Assembly: GCA_031431875.1 (NCBI GenBank) | Contig: JANPEF010000037.1 | Location: forward strand, 1-15,387 | Length of the DNA stretch: 15,387 nt | Source of the DNA: Candidatus Eiseniibacteriota bacterium | GTDB lineage: Bacteria > Eisenbacteria > RBG-16-71-46 > DASYSL01 | Direction of reading: 5' to 3' | Shown here: positions 1 through 15,387 of the stretch, in pieces | Layout of the letters: the number at the start of each line of letters is the position of its first letter | How positions within the stretch are numbered: the first letter of the stretch is position 1 | Made by a program: the position numbers and the translations under genes | Notes under the pieces: generated by a model | What the model was told of the DNA's origin: nothing | What the model saw: only the letters and a program-made list of their open reading frames with translations | The model's database searches: none

Positions 1-1
1 T

Positions 2-145
2 CGCGAGATGGTGATGCCGGGCGACAACGTGCAGATGGAGATCGAGCTGATCACGCCGATCGCGATGGAGAAGGAACTGCGCTTCGCCATCCGCGAAGGC
101 GGTCGCACCGTCGGCGCCGGCGTCGTCGCCGAGATCGTCGCCTAG
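2..145 (+). CDS. tuf: Elongation factor Tu, C-terminal fragment (truncated by window start)
   Basis: Frame 2 translates as [47 protein letters not shown], the canonical EF-Tu C-terminus; TAG at 143-145. Not in the ORF track. Confidence 0.98.
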   Translation, partial: REMVMPGDNVQMEIELITPIAMEKELRFAIREGGRTVGAGVVAEIVA

Positions 146-201
146 GTTCGGGAACACGCCGGGCCGGCGCGTGAGCGTCGGCGGCGAGAGGGAGAAACAC
201 G

Positions 202-351
202 ATGCGCGACATCATCACGCTCGCTTGCGGCGACTGCAAGCGACGGAACTACTCGAACACGAAGAACAAGCGTCTGCATCCGGACCGGGTGGAGTACAAG
301 AAGTTCTGCCCGTTCTGCCGGAAGCACACGCCTCACAAGGAAACGCGCTGA
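202..351 (+). CDS. rpmG: 50S ribosomal protein L33, Zn-ribbon (C+) form, 49 aa
   Basis: [49 protein letters not shown]; two CxxC motifs; GAGGGAG SD-like run upstream; usual position between tuf and secE. Too short for the ORF track. Confidence 0.97.
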   Translation: MRDIITLACGDCKRRNYSNTKNKRLHPDRVEYKKFCPFCRKHTPHKETR

Positions 352-379
352 TCGCCTCTGGCGTTCGGTTCACCGACGC

Positions 380-457
380 ACGCCTGTAGCTCAGCCTGGC
401 TAGAGCATCGGTCTCCAAAACCGAGGGCCGGGGGTTCAAATCCCTCCAGGCGTGCCA
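380..457 (+). tRNA. tRNA-Trp (anticodon CCA), 3' CCA encoded
   Basis: Acceptor ACGCCTG(380-386)/CAGGCGT(447-453); D stem GCTC/GAGC; anticodon stem TCGGT/ACCGA with loop CTCCAAA (CCA 415-417); T arm GGGGG-TTCAAAT-CCCTC; discriminator G454; CCA 455-457. Confidence 0.97.
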
Positions 458-510
458 TTCTCGTGAGAGGGTGCGGCCCCCTCGCAACGCGGCTCGGCCG
501 CGGAGGATCC

Positions 511-708
511 ATGTCCCTCGTGCAGAGCGCGGCGGACTTCCTGAAGGAAGTCCGTGTCGAAGCGACCAAGGTCACGTGGCCCACGCGCAAGGAACTGCGT
601 GATTCCACGATCGTCGTGCTCGTCATGACGGCGATCATGGCGACCATCATCTTCATCCTGGACCAGATCCTCAATCTGGGCCTCCGACAGCTGTTCCGGG
701 TCGGCTAG
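511..708 (+). CDS. secE: Preprotein translocase subunit SecE (short single-TM form, 65 aa)
   Basis: FLKEVRVEATKVTWPTRKEL motif followed by one hydrophobic helix; GGAGG at 502-506 supports ATG 511 rather than the track's start at 463. Confidence 0.95.
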   Translation: MSLVQSAADFLKEVRVEATKVTWPTRKELRDSTIVVLVMTAIMATIIFILDQILNLGLRQLFRVG

Positions 709-728
709 CCCCGGGCGCGAAGGACGAC

Positions 729-1259
729 ATGGGCAAGCAGTGGTACGTGATCCACACCTACGCGGGTCACGAGAACAAGGTGAAGAGCAACCTCGAGAAG
801 GCGATCCACTCCGCCGGCTTCGAGGAAAAGTTCGGCCAGATCCTCGTCGCAACGGAGGACTTCGCCGAAATGCGCGACGGCAAGCGGACGATCTCGCGCC
901 GCAAGACGTTTCCGTCTTACGTGATGGTCGAAATGGACATGGACGCGGATACGCGCAACGTCGTGCAGAACGTGCCTGGCGTCACGCGGTTCATCGGCTC
1001 CGGTCCCGGCGCTTCGGCGCTGAAGGATAACGAGGTTCGTCGCATCCTCGGCCAGATGGAAGCGACCAAGACGAAGCCCGTGCCGACCGTGTCGTTCCGC
1101 GTCGGCGAGCACATCAAGATCATCGACGGCCCGTTCTCCAACTTCACGGGCCAGGTCGACGAGGTGAACCTGGAGCGCGGCAAGGTGAAGGTGATGGTCA
1201 GCATCTTCGGCCGGGCAACCCCGGTCGAACTCGATTTCCTCCAGGTGCAGCCGATCTAG
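729..1259 (+). CDS. nusG: Transcription termination/antitermination factor NusG
   Basis: [14 protein letters not shown] (NGN domain), FPSYV, KOW domain [10 protein letters not shown] and [12 protein letters not shown]. Confidence 0.98.
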   Translation: MGKQWYVIHTYAGHENKVKSNLEKAIHSAGFEEKFGQILVATEDFAEMRDGKRTISRRKTFPSYVMVEMDMDADTRNVVQNVPGVTRFIGSGPGASALKDNEVRRILGQMEATKTKPVPTVSFRVGEHIKIIDGPFSNFTGQVDEVNLERGKVKVMVSIFGRATPVELDFLQVQPI

Positions 1260-1293
1260 GCGCGACGAGAACGCGAACAGGAAGGGCACGACG

Positions 1294-1719
1294 ATGGCGA
1301 AGACGATCAGTAAGCTCGTGAAGCTGCAGATCCCTGCCGGCAACGCGAACCCGGCCCCTCCCGTGGGCCCGGCGCTCGGCCAGCACGGGGTGAACATCAT
1401 GGACTTCTGCAAGCAGTTCAACGCCAAGACGCAGAGCCAGGCGGGACTGATCATCCCCGTCGTGATCTCGGTCTACAGCGACCGCTCGTTCACGTTCATC
1501 ACCAAGACGCCGCCCGCGCCGGTGCTGCTCAAGCGCGCGGCCGGGCTGGCCAAGGCCTCGGGCGTGCCGAACCGCAACAAGGTCGGCAAGGTCACGGCCG
1601 CGCAGGTCAACGAGATTGCGACCCTGAAGATGCCCGACCTCAATGCGGCGTCGATCGAGGCCGCCGAGAGCATGGTGCGCGGCACCGCACGCTCGATGGG
1701 AATCGAAGTCGAGGGCTGA
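1294..1719 (+). CDS. rplK: 50S ribosomal protein L11
   Basis: [36 protein letters not shown] and [10 protein letters not shown] motifs. Confidence 0.99.
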   Translation: MAKTISKLVKLQIPAGNANPAPPVGPALGQHGVNIMDFCKQFNAKTQSQAGLIIPVVISVYSDRSFTFITKTPPAPVLLKRAAGLAKASGVPNRNKVGKVTAAQVNEIATLKMPDLNAASIEAAESMVRGTARSMGIEVEG

Positions 1720-1798
1720 GACCCCGCTTTCCCCCCGTTGTTCCCGGCCGGCGAATCGCCGGCCCAATCCGGGCGCCACATGGGCCCGACTCTTCCGG

Positions 1799-1837
1799 CG
1801 TGGGAGCGCTTGACGGCGCGTTGGAACCACGAGGAGG
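1799..1837 (+). promoter_or_regulatory. Putative ribosomal protein L1 autoregulatory RNA site plus rplA Shine-Dalgarno
   Basis: CGTGG(1799-1803) pairs with CCACG(1827-1831); internal loop GA / GTTGGAA; upper stem GCGCT/GGCGC; directly followed by SD GAGGAGG(1831-1837). Matches the GUGGGAG...AACCAC pattern of known L1 leaders. Confidence 0.75.
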
Positions 1838-1842
1838 TCTTG

Positions 1843-2553
1843 ATGCGTCACGGCAAGAAGTACCGCAGCTCCGCCGAGACCATCGCCGGACGCACGAAGG
1901 AGACGCTGGGCCTTCGTGAGGCCGTCGCACTCGTCAAGAGTGCGGCGACGGCCAAGTTCGACGAGACGGTGGAGATTGCGTCCCACCTGGGTGTGGACCC
2001 GCGACACTCGGATCAGCTCGTCCGTGGCACCGTCGTGCTGCCGCACGGCACGGGCAAGACGATCCGCGTCCTGGTGTTCACCAAGGGCGAGAAGGAAAAG
2101 GAAGCCCATGCGGCCGGCGCCGATTTCGTGGGCGCCGACGAGTACGCGAAGAAGATCCAGGAGGGATGGACCGACGTCGACGCGATCATCGCGACGCCGG
2201 ACATGATGGGCGAGCTGTCGAAGCTCGGCCGCATCCTGGGTCCCCGCGGCCTGATGCCGAATCCGAAGAGCGGCACCGTCACGTTCGACGTGGCGAAGGC
2301 CGTCAAGGAAATCAAGGCCGGCAAGATCGAGTACCGCGTCGACAAGGGCGCCAACGTGCACGCACCGGTGGGCAAGGCGTCGTTCAGCGAAGAGCAGCTC
2401 TTCGAGAACACGCTGGCCTTCCTCCGCGAGCTCGTGCGGGCCAAGCCGGCGGCGGCCAAGGGTGCATACCTCAAGTCCGTCACGCTGAGCTCGACCATGG
2501 GTCCGGGGGTCGCTGTCGATCCCCAGGTCGTCCTCAACTCGGTCAAGGCCTGA
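1843..2553 (+). CDS. rplA: 50S ribosomal protein L1 (236 aa)
   Basis: [50 protein letters not shown]. The SD places the start at ATG 1843 (or TTG 1840), not 1738. Confidence 0.98.
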   Translation: MRHGKKYRSSAETIAGRTKETLGLREAVALVKSAATAKFDETVEIASHLGVDPRHSDQLVRGTVVLPHGTGKTIRVLVFTKGEKEKEAHAAGADFVGADEYAKKIQEGWTDVDAIIATPDMMGELSKLGRILGPRGLMPNPKSGTVTFDVAKAVKEIKAGKIEYRVDKGANVHAPVGKASFSEEQLFENTLAFLRELVRAKPAAAKGAYLKSVTLSSTMGPGVAVDPQVVLNSVKA

Positions 2554-2568
2554 CGGGAGGAACCATCG

Positions 2569-3087
2569 ATGCCGACCGCTGAAAAGGAAGAACTCATCCA
2601 GAAGACCACCGAGCGTCTGCAGGGTGCAAAGGCCCTGTACCTCGCCGACTTCTCGGGGATGACCGTCGAGAAGGTCACCGCGTTGCGCGCCAGGTGCCGC
2701 GCCGCGGGCGTCCACTACAAGGTCATCAAGAACACGCTGCTCAAGCGCGCCGCCAACTCCATGGGCGTGACGCAGCTCGACGCCTACCTCGAGGGGCCGA
2801 CGGTACTGGCCTACTCGACGGAGAGCGAAGTCGAACCCGCCCGCATCCTGGTCGAGTTCGCGCGCGAGAACGAGAAGCCGCTGATCAAGGCCGGTCTCAT
2901 CGGCGACAAGCTGTACAACGCCGACGAAGTCAAGCAGCTCGCGTTGCTGCCGCCTCGCGACGTGCTGCTCGCCCAGGTCCTGGGCACCATCGTCGCACCG
3001 CTTTCGCAGTTCCTCGGTGCCGTCGACGCGTTGCTCGCGTCTCCGGCCCGGCTGGCGGGTGCGCTCGAGGAAAAGCAGGGGAAGTGA
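2569..3087 (+). CDS. rplJ: 50S ribosomal protein L10
   Basis: [12 protein letters not shown] motif, LEGPT, C-terminal [10 protein letters not shown] helix; GGAGG SD upstream; synteny. Confidence 0.97.
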   Translation: MPTAEKEELIQKTTERLQGAKALYLADFSGMTVEKVTALRARCRAAGVHYKVIKNTLLKRAANSMGVTQLDAYLEGPTVLAYSTESEVEPARILVEFARENEKPLIKAGLIGDKLYNADEVKQLALLPPRDVLLAQVLGTIVAPLSQFLGAVDALLASPARLAGALEEKQGK

Positions 3088-3147
3088 GCTTCCCTCGAAC
3101 CGATCGGATTCCAACCCTGGGCAAGTCCCTGAAACGGAGGTAACACC

Positions 3148-3528
3148 GTGGCTCTCAACACCGATCAGCTTCTCGACGAGTTCGCGCAGATGTCGGTCCT
3201 GCAGCTCTCCGAGTTCAAGAAGGCATTCGAAGACAAGTTCGGCGTCACGGCCGCCGCGCCCATGATGATGGGTGCGATGCCGGCCGGTGGCGGCGCCGCC
3301 GCGGCCGCGGTCGAGCAGACGGAGTTCGACGTCGTGCTCACCGGCGCGGGCAGCCAGAAGATCCAGGTCATCAAGGTCGTCCGCGAGGCCACCGGTCTGG
3401 GCCTCAAGGAAGCCAAGGACCTGGTCGACGGCGCACCGAAGGCGGTCAAGGAGAAGGTCTCGAAGGCCGATGCGGCCGAGCTCAAGGCGCGCCTCGAAGA
3501 GGTTGGCGCGAGCGTCGAGATCAAGTAG
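3148..3528 (+). CDS. rplL: 50S ribosomal protein L7/L12 (GTG start)
   Basis: [12 protein letters not shown], Ala/Gly hinge, [43 protein letters not shown] at 3136-3140. Confidence 0.98.
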   Translation: MALNTDQLLDEFAQMSVLQLSEFKKAFEDKFGVTAAAPMMMGAMPAGGGAAAAAVEQTEFDVVLTGAGSQKIQVIKVVREATGLGLKEAKDLVDGAPKAVKEKVSKADAAELKARLEEVGASVEIK

Positions 3529-3660
3529 TCGAGAACGCCGGCCGCGGGCGCCCGGCGCGCCTGCGGCTCACCCAACCGGACCGACCGCCGCACCCGAAAC
3601 GCGGGTGCGCGCGGGCGCCCGGTACGGACCCGTTTTCCCTCGCGGAAAGGTGGGACGGCA

Positions 3661-7518
<3,858 letters not shown>

Positions 7519-7534
7519 AAGTCCGGACTGCACT

Positions 7535-7557
7535 CCCGCGGCTCCCTGAGCCGCGGG
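7535..7557 (+). other. Perfect 10-bp stem-loop in the rpoB-rpoC spacer
   Basis: CCCGCGGCTC-CCT-GAGCCGCGGG; no real U-tract follows, so not called a terminator. Confidence 0.6.
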
Positions 7558-7579
7558 CCTTCGGAAGGAGAGGGCGCAC

Positions 7580-11776
<4,197 letters not shown>

Positions 11777-11919
11777 GCTTCGGCCAAGAACCGTTTTCAG
11801 AATGACTTAGACGCACGGACGGGTTCCCGGAAGGGGGTCTGGCCGGGAAAATGCCCCGCCAGCGCCCGAGGACGTCTGCGGCGGGGGTCGGCCGTCGGTC
11901 GAGGCGGGGAAATTGCCCC

Positions 11920-11949
11920 TTGACCGGATGGGTCCGAATCCCGTAACTT
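11920..11949 (+). promoter_or_regulatory. Putative sigma70-type promoter for rpsL-rpsG-fusA-tuf
   Basis: -35 TTGACC (11920-11925), 18-nt spacer, -10 TAACTT (11944-11949), about 50 nt upstream of the rpsL start in the longest spacer of the window. Confidence 0.6.
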
Positions 11950-11997
11950 CCGCTTTCTGCGCGGTTAAGGCCTCGCGCCACCGCCATGGAGGATGTT

Positions 11998-12390
11998 TTG
12001 CCGACTCTGAATCAGCTGGTCCGCAAGGGCCGGTCCCGGATCCTGAAGAAGACGAATGCGCCCGCGCTCAAGAGCGCGCCGCAGAAGCGTGGAGTCTGCA
12101 CGCGTGTCTACACGTCCACTCCGAAGAAGCCGAACTCGGCGCTCCGCAAGGTCGCCCGCGTCCGGCTCACCAACGGGATGGAAGTGACCTGCTACATTCC
12201 GGGCGAGGGCCACAACCTCCAGGAACACTCCATCGTGCTCATCCGCGGCGGGCGTGTGAAGGATCTCCCGGGTGTCCGGTACCACATCGTTCGTGGAACC
12301 CTGGACGCCAGTGGAGTGGATGGACGCACCCGTAGCCGGTCGAAGTACGGTACCAAGACCAAGAAGGCGGGCGGCAAGACCAAGAAGTAG
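11998..12390 (+). CDS. rpsL: 30S ribosomal protein S12 (TTG start, 130 aa)
   Basis: (M)[48 protein letters not shown] at 11988-11992 overlaps the track's ATG 11986 and supports TTG 11998, which gives the canonical MPT N-terminus. Confidence 0.98.
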   Translation: MPTLNQLVRKGRSRILKKTNAPALKSAPQKRGVCTRVYTSTPKKPNSALRKVARVRLTNGMEVTCYIPGEGHNLQEHSIVLIRGGRVKDLPGVRYHIVRGTLDASGVDGRTRSRSKYGTKTKKAGGKTKK

Positions 12391-12478
12391 GGTCGCGCCG
12401 CGGTCCCTCTCCGCGCCCGGTGTTCGCCGGGGCGAGTGGACGCGCGCGTGCCCTGCGTCGTCGTGAGGAAGGATTCGC

Positions 12479-12949
12479 ATGCCGAGGAAGAAACACATCT
12501 CGAAGCGTGAGCCCGTCGCGGATCCGATCTACGAGAATCCGCTCGTCACGCGCTTCGTGAACAGCCTGATGGATGGCGGCAAGCGCAGCACCGCGGAAGG
12601 AATCTTCTACGGCGCCATGAAGCAGATCGAGGCCCGGTCCGGCCAGGATGCGATGACCGTGCTCAAGGCCGCGATGAACAACGTCAAGCCGGTGCTCGAG
12701 GTCAAGAGCCGGCGCGTCGGCGGAGCCAACTACCAGGTGCCGATCGAAGTGCGTCCCGAGCGCCGTACCGCGCTCGCGATCCGCTGGCTCATCACCTACG
12801 GCAGCTCGCGCGGCGAGAAGACCATGCGCGACAAGCTCGCCGCCGAGATCCTCGACGCCAGCAAGAACGGCGGCGGGGCCGTGAAGAAGCGCGAAGACAC
12901 GCACAAGATGGCGGAAGCCAACAAGGCGTTCGCGCACTACCGCTGGTAG
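12479..12949 (+). CDS. rpsG: 30S ribosomal protein S7
   Basis: [18 protein letters not shown] and [15 protein letters not shown]; 156 aa. Confidence 0.99.
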   Translation: MPRKKHISKREPVADPIYENPLVTRFVNSLMDGGKRSTAEGIFYGAMKQIEARSGQDAMTVLKAAMNNVKPVLEVKSRRVGGANYQVPIEVRPERRTALAIRWLITYGSSRGEKTMRDKLAAEILDASKNGGGAVKKREDTHKMAEANKAFAHYRW

Positions 12950-12988
12950 TCGCGACACACCCTTTTCAAGCGAAGGCAGGTCGGCACT

Positions 12989-15070
12989 GTGGCACGTTCA
13001 ACATCTCTCGATCGGTATCGCAATATCGGCATCATGGCTCACATCGATGCCGGCAAGACGACGCTGACCGAGCGAATCCTGTTCTTCACCGGGCGGATCC
13101 ACCGGGTGGGCGAGGTGCACGAGGGCGCTGCGACCATGGACTTCATGGAGCAGGAGCGCGAGCGTGGCATCACGATCACCTCGGCGGCCACCACGTGTGA
13201 ATGGCTGGATCACCGCATCAACATCATCGACACCCCGGGACACGTCGACTTCACGGTCGAGGTGGAGCGCTCGCTGCGCGTGCTCGACGGGGCGGTCGCG
13301 GTGTTCTGCGCGGTGGGTGGTGTCGAGCCGCAGTCCGAGACCGTGTGGCGCCAGGCCGACAAGTACGCGGTGCCCCGCATCTGCTTCGTCAACAAGATGG
13401 ACCGCGTCGGCGCCGACTTCTTCCACGTCGTCCAGATGATGAGGGATCGCCTCGGCGCCAAGCCCGTGCCGCTGCAGATCCCGATCACCCTCGACGACCA
13501 GTTTCTGGGCGCCATCGACCTGATCAGCATGCAGGCGATCACGTACGTCGAGGACCCCTCGGGAACCAAGTTCGAGCTGGGGCCGATTCCGCACGACCTC
13601 GAGAAGAAGGCCAAGGAATATCGCCACATGCTGGTCGAGGCCGTCGCCGAGTTCGACGACGAGGTGCTGCACAAGTACCTCGAGGGCCAGGATCCGACCG
13701 TCGAGGAGCTCAAGGCCCTGATCCGCAAGGCGACGCTGGCCGGCCGGATCAATCCCGTGCTGCTCGGCTCGGCGTTCAAGAACAAGGGTGTGCAGCGCCT
13801 GCTCGACGCCGTCGTCGAGTACCTGCCCGCGCCCGTGGACGTGATGCCCGTCGTGGGTCACGACCCGTACACGTCCGAGAGTGTGAGCCGTCGTCCGAGC
13901 GACGACGAGCCGTTCTCCGCGCTCGCGTTCAAGATCATGACCGACCCGTACGTCGGCAAGTTGACGTTCTTCCGCGTGTACTCCGGCAAGATCACGACGG
14001 GTTCGGGCGTCATCAATGCGAACCGCCGCTCGAACGAGCGGATCGGCCGCCTGGTGCAGATGCACGCCAACAAGCGCGAGGAGATCACCGAGGTCTTCTG
14101 CGGCGACATCGCGGCGGCCATCGGCCTCAAGCGCGTGACCACGGGCGAGACGCTGTGCGACCCGGAGTACCCGGTCGCGCTCGAGTCCATGAACTTCCCC
14201 GAGCCGGTGATCCACGTCGCCATCGAGCCCAAGTCCAAGGTGGACGAGGAAAAGATGGCCACGGCGCTGGGCCGTCTCTCCGAGGAGGATCCGACGTTCC
14301 GGGTCCGCACCGACGAGGAGACCAACCAGACGATCATCGCCGGCATGGGCGAGCTTCACCTCGAGATCATCGTCGACCGCATGATGCGCGAGTTCGGCGT
14401 GCAGGCGAACGTGGGCAAGCCCCAGGTCGCCTACAAGGAGACGATCACCAACGTCACCGAGGGCACGCACCGTTTCGTCAAGCAGACCGGCGGCAAGGGA
14501 ATGTTCGCCGTGGTCACGCTGCGTATCGAGCCCCAGACGGATCCGACCAAGGGGTTCGAGTTCGTCAGCGAGGTCACCGGTGGCCGTATTCCGCGGGAAT
14601 ACTGGTCCGCCGTGGAGAAGGGGATTGTCGAAGCCATGGAGAACGGCGTTCTGGCCGGTTATCCGGTCGTGGACGTCAAGGCCGCTCTCGTCGACGGGCA
14701 GTACCACGATGTCGACTCCTCGGAGATGGCCTTCAAGATCGCCGGTATGTACGCCTTCAAGGAGCTCGCCCACAAGGCGAAGCCCCGTCTGCTCGAGCCC
14801 ATCATGGATGTCGAAGTGGTGGTGCCCGAGGAGTACATGGGCGACGTGATCGGTGACTTGACCTCTCGTCGCGGCCGCATCGGAGGCATGTTCCAGCGCT
14901 CCGACGCACGTGTCATCGCCGCCTCGGTCCCACTGGCAGAGATGTTCGGGTACGCTACGCGCCTCCGCTCGATCACGCAGGGTCGCGCCGTGTACTCGAT
15001 GCAGTTCCATCGCTACGACACGCTTCCGCAGTCGATCGCGGAAGAAATCGTGGCGAAGGTCAAGGGCTGA
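12989..15070 (+). CDS. fusA: Elongation factor G (GTG start)
   Basis: [42 protein letters not shown]; 693 aa; str-operon position. Confidence 0.99.
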   Translation: MARSTSLDRYRNIGIMAHIDAGKTTLTERILFFTGRIHRVGEVHEGAATMDFMEQERERGITITSAATTCEWLDHRINIIDTPGHVDFTVEVERSLRVLDGAVAVFCAVGGVEPQSETVWRQADKYAVPRICFVNKMDRVGADFFHVVQMMRDRLGAKPVPLQIPITLDDQFLGAIDLISMQAITYVEDPSGTKFELGPIPHDLEKKAKEYRHMLVEAVAEFDDEVLHKYLEGQDPTVEELKALIRKATLAGRINPVLLGSAFKNKGVQRLLDAVVEYLPAPVDVMPVVGHDPYTSESVSRRPSDDEPFSALAFKIMTDPYVGKLTFFRVYSGKITTGSGVINANRRSNERIGRLVQMHANKREEITEVFCGDIAAAIGLKRVTTGETLCDPEYPVALESMNFPEPVIHVAIEPKSKVDEEKMATALGRLSEEDPTFRVRTDEETNQTIIAGMGELHLEIIVDRMMREFGVQANVGKPQVAYKETITNVTEGTHRFVKQTGGKGMFAVVTLRIEPQTDPTKGFEFVSEVTGGRIPREYWSAVEKGIVEAMENGVLAGYPVVDVKAALVDGQYHDVDSSEMAFKIAGMYAFKELAHKAKPRLLEPIMDVEVVVPEEYMGDVIGDLTSRRGRIGGMFQRSDARVIAASVPLAEMFGYATRLRSITQGRAVYSMQFHRYDTLPQSIAEEIVAKVKG

Positions 15071-15074
15071 CACC

Positions 15075-15233
15075 CGCCCCCTGAGGGGCGAGCTCCAAGC
15101 CCGTCCTCCGGACGGGCTCCGGTCCGGCATCGGATCGGCCGAGCGCCTTCATCCGGCTCCGCACGACGGAACCGGAGAGGGCGTCGTTTGTCTCGTCGCG
15201 TCGGGGACGGCGCGGTTCACCAGTTTGCGTGAA
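15075..15233 (+). other. Array of six consecutive stem-loops filling the fusA-tuf spacer
   Basis: Inverted repeats at 15075-15090, 15098-15118, 15119-15138, 15143-15184, 15196-15215 and 15216-15233. Confidence 0.6.
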
Positions 15234-15247
15234 GGGAGATCCGTAGC

Positions 15248-15387
15248 ATGGCGAAGCAGAAGTTCGAGCGGAACAAGCCGCATGTGAACGTGGGGACGAT
15301 CGGCCACGTCGATCACGGCAAGACGACTCTGACGGCGGCGATCACGATGGTCCTGGCGCAGAACAACCCGAAGATCGCGGTTCGTGA
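15248..15387 (+). CDS. tuf: Elongation factor Tu, N-terminal fragment (second copy, truncated by window end)
   Basis: [46 protein letters not shown]...; P-loop [18 protein letters not shown] upstream. Not in the ORF track. Confidence 0.98.
   Translation, partial: MAKQKFERNKPHVNVGTIGHVDHGKTTLTAAITMVLAQNNPKIAVR

Noticed and set aside
380..457. tRNA-Trp as a UGA suppressor or integration site
   Set aside because: Normal CCA anticodon and C11-G24 pair; no duplicated tRNA 3' end or integrase in the window.
1738..1842. ORF-track N-terminal extensions of rplA (also secE 463 and rpsL 11986)
   Set aside because: SD positions and conserved N-termini support the downstream starts 1843, 511 and 11998.
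1198..3114. 638-aa antisense ORF spanning rplK, rplA and rplJ
   Set aside because: It stays open only because those three genes share one reading frame; same shadow effect.
11777..11860. Intrinsic terminator after rpoC
   Set aside because: Stems exist (e.g. TTCCCGG/CCGGGAA, 11824-11849) but none is followed by a U-tract on the + strand.
12115..12280. Streptomycin-resistance positions in S12
   Set aside because: PKKPNSA and RVKDLPG are wild type.

Overview
GC-rich bacterial core-genome region carrying the classic transcription/translation supercluster, entirely on the + strand: 3' end of tuf - rpmG - tRNA-Trp(CCA) - secE - nusG - rplK - rplA - rplJ - rplL - rpoB - rpoC - rpsL - rpsG - fusA - 5' end of a second tuf. 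All genes look intact. I see no mobile element, CRISPR array, intein, pseudogene or unexplained protein-coding gene, and the long antisense ORFs are codon-bias shadows. RNA polymerase signatures (beta i9, beta' SI3, F-loop insert, trigger-loop Leu) suggest a Gram-negative, probably FCB-related lineage; this is inference. I cannot support a new protein-based system here. The best leads are in the spacers: an L1-binding RNA motif before rplA with no room for an L10 leader, six back-to-back hairpins between fusA and tuf, a duplicated quasi-palindromic box abutting the putative rpsL promoter, and structured rplL-rpoB and rpsL-rpsG spacers. There are also a few unusual residues and no TAA stop codons. 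All folding and alignments were done by eye, and reference sequences are recalled from memory.
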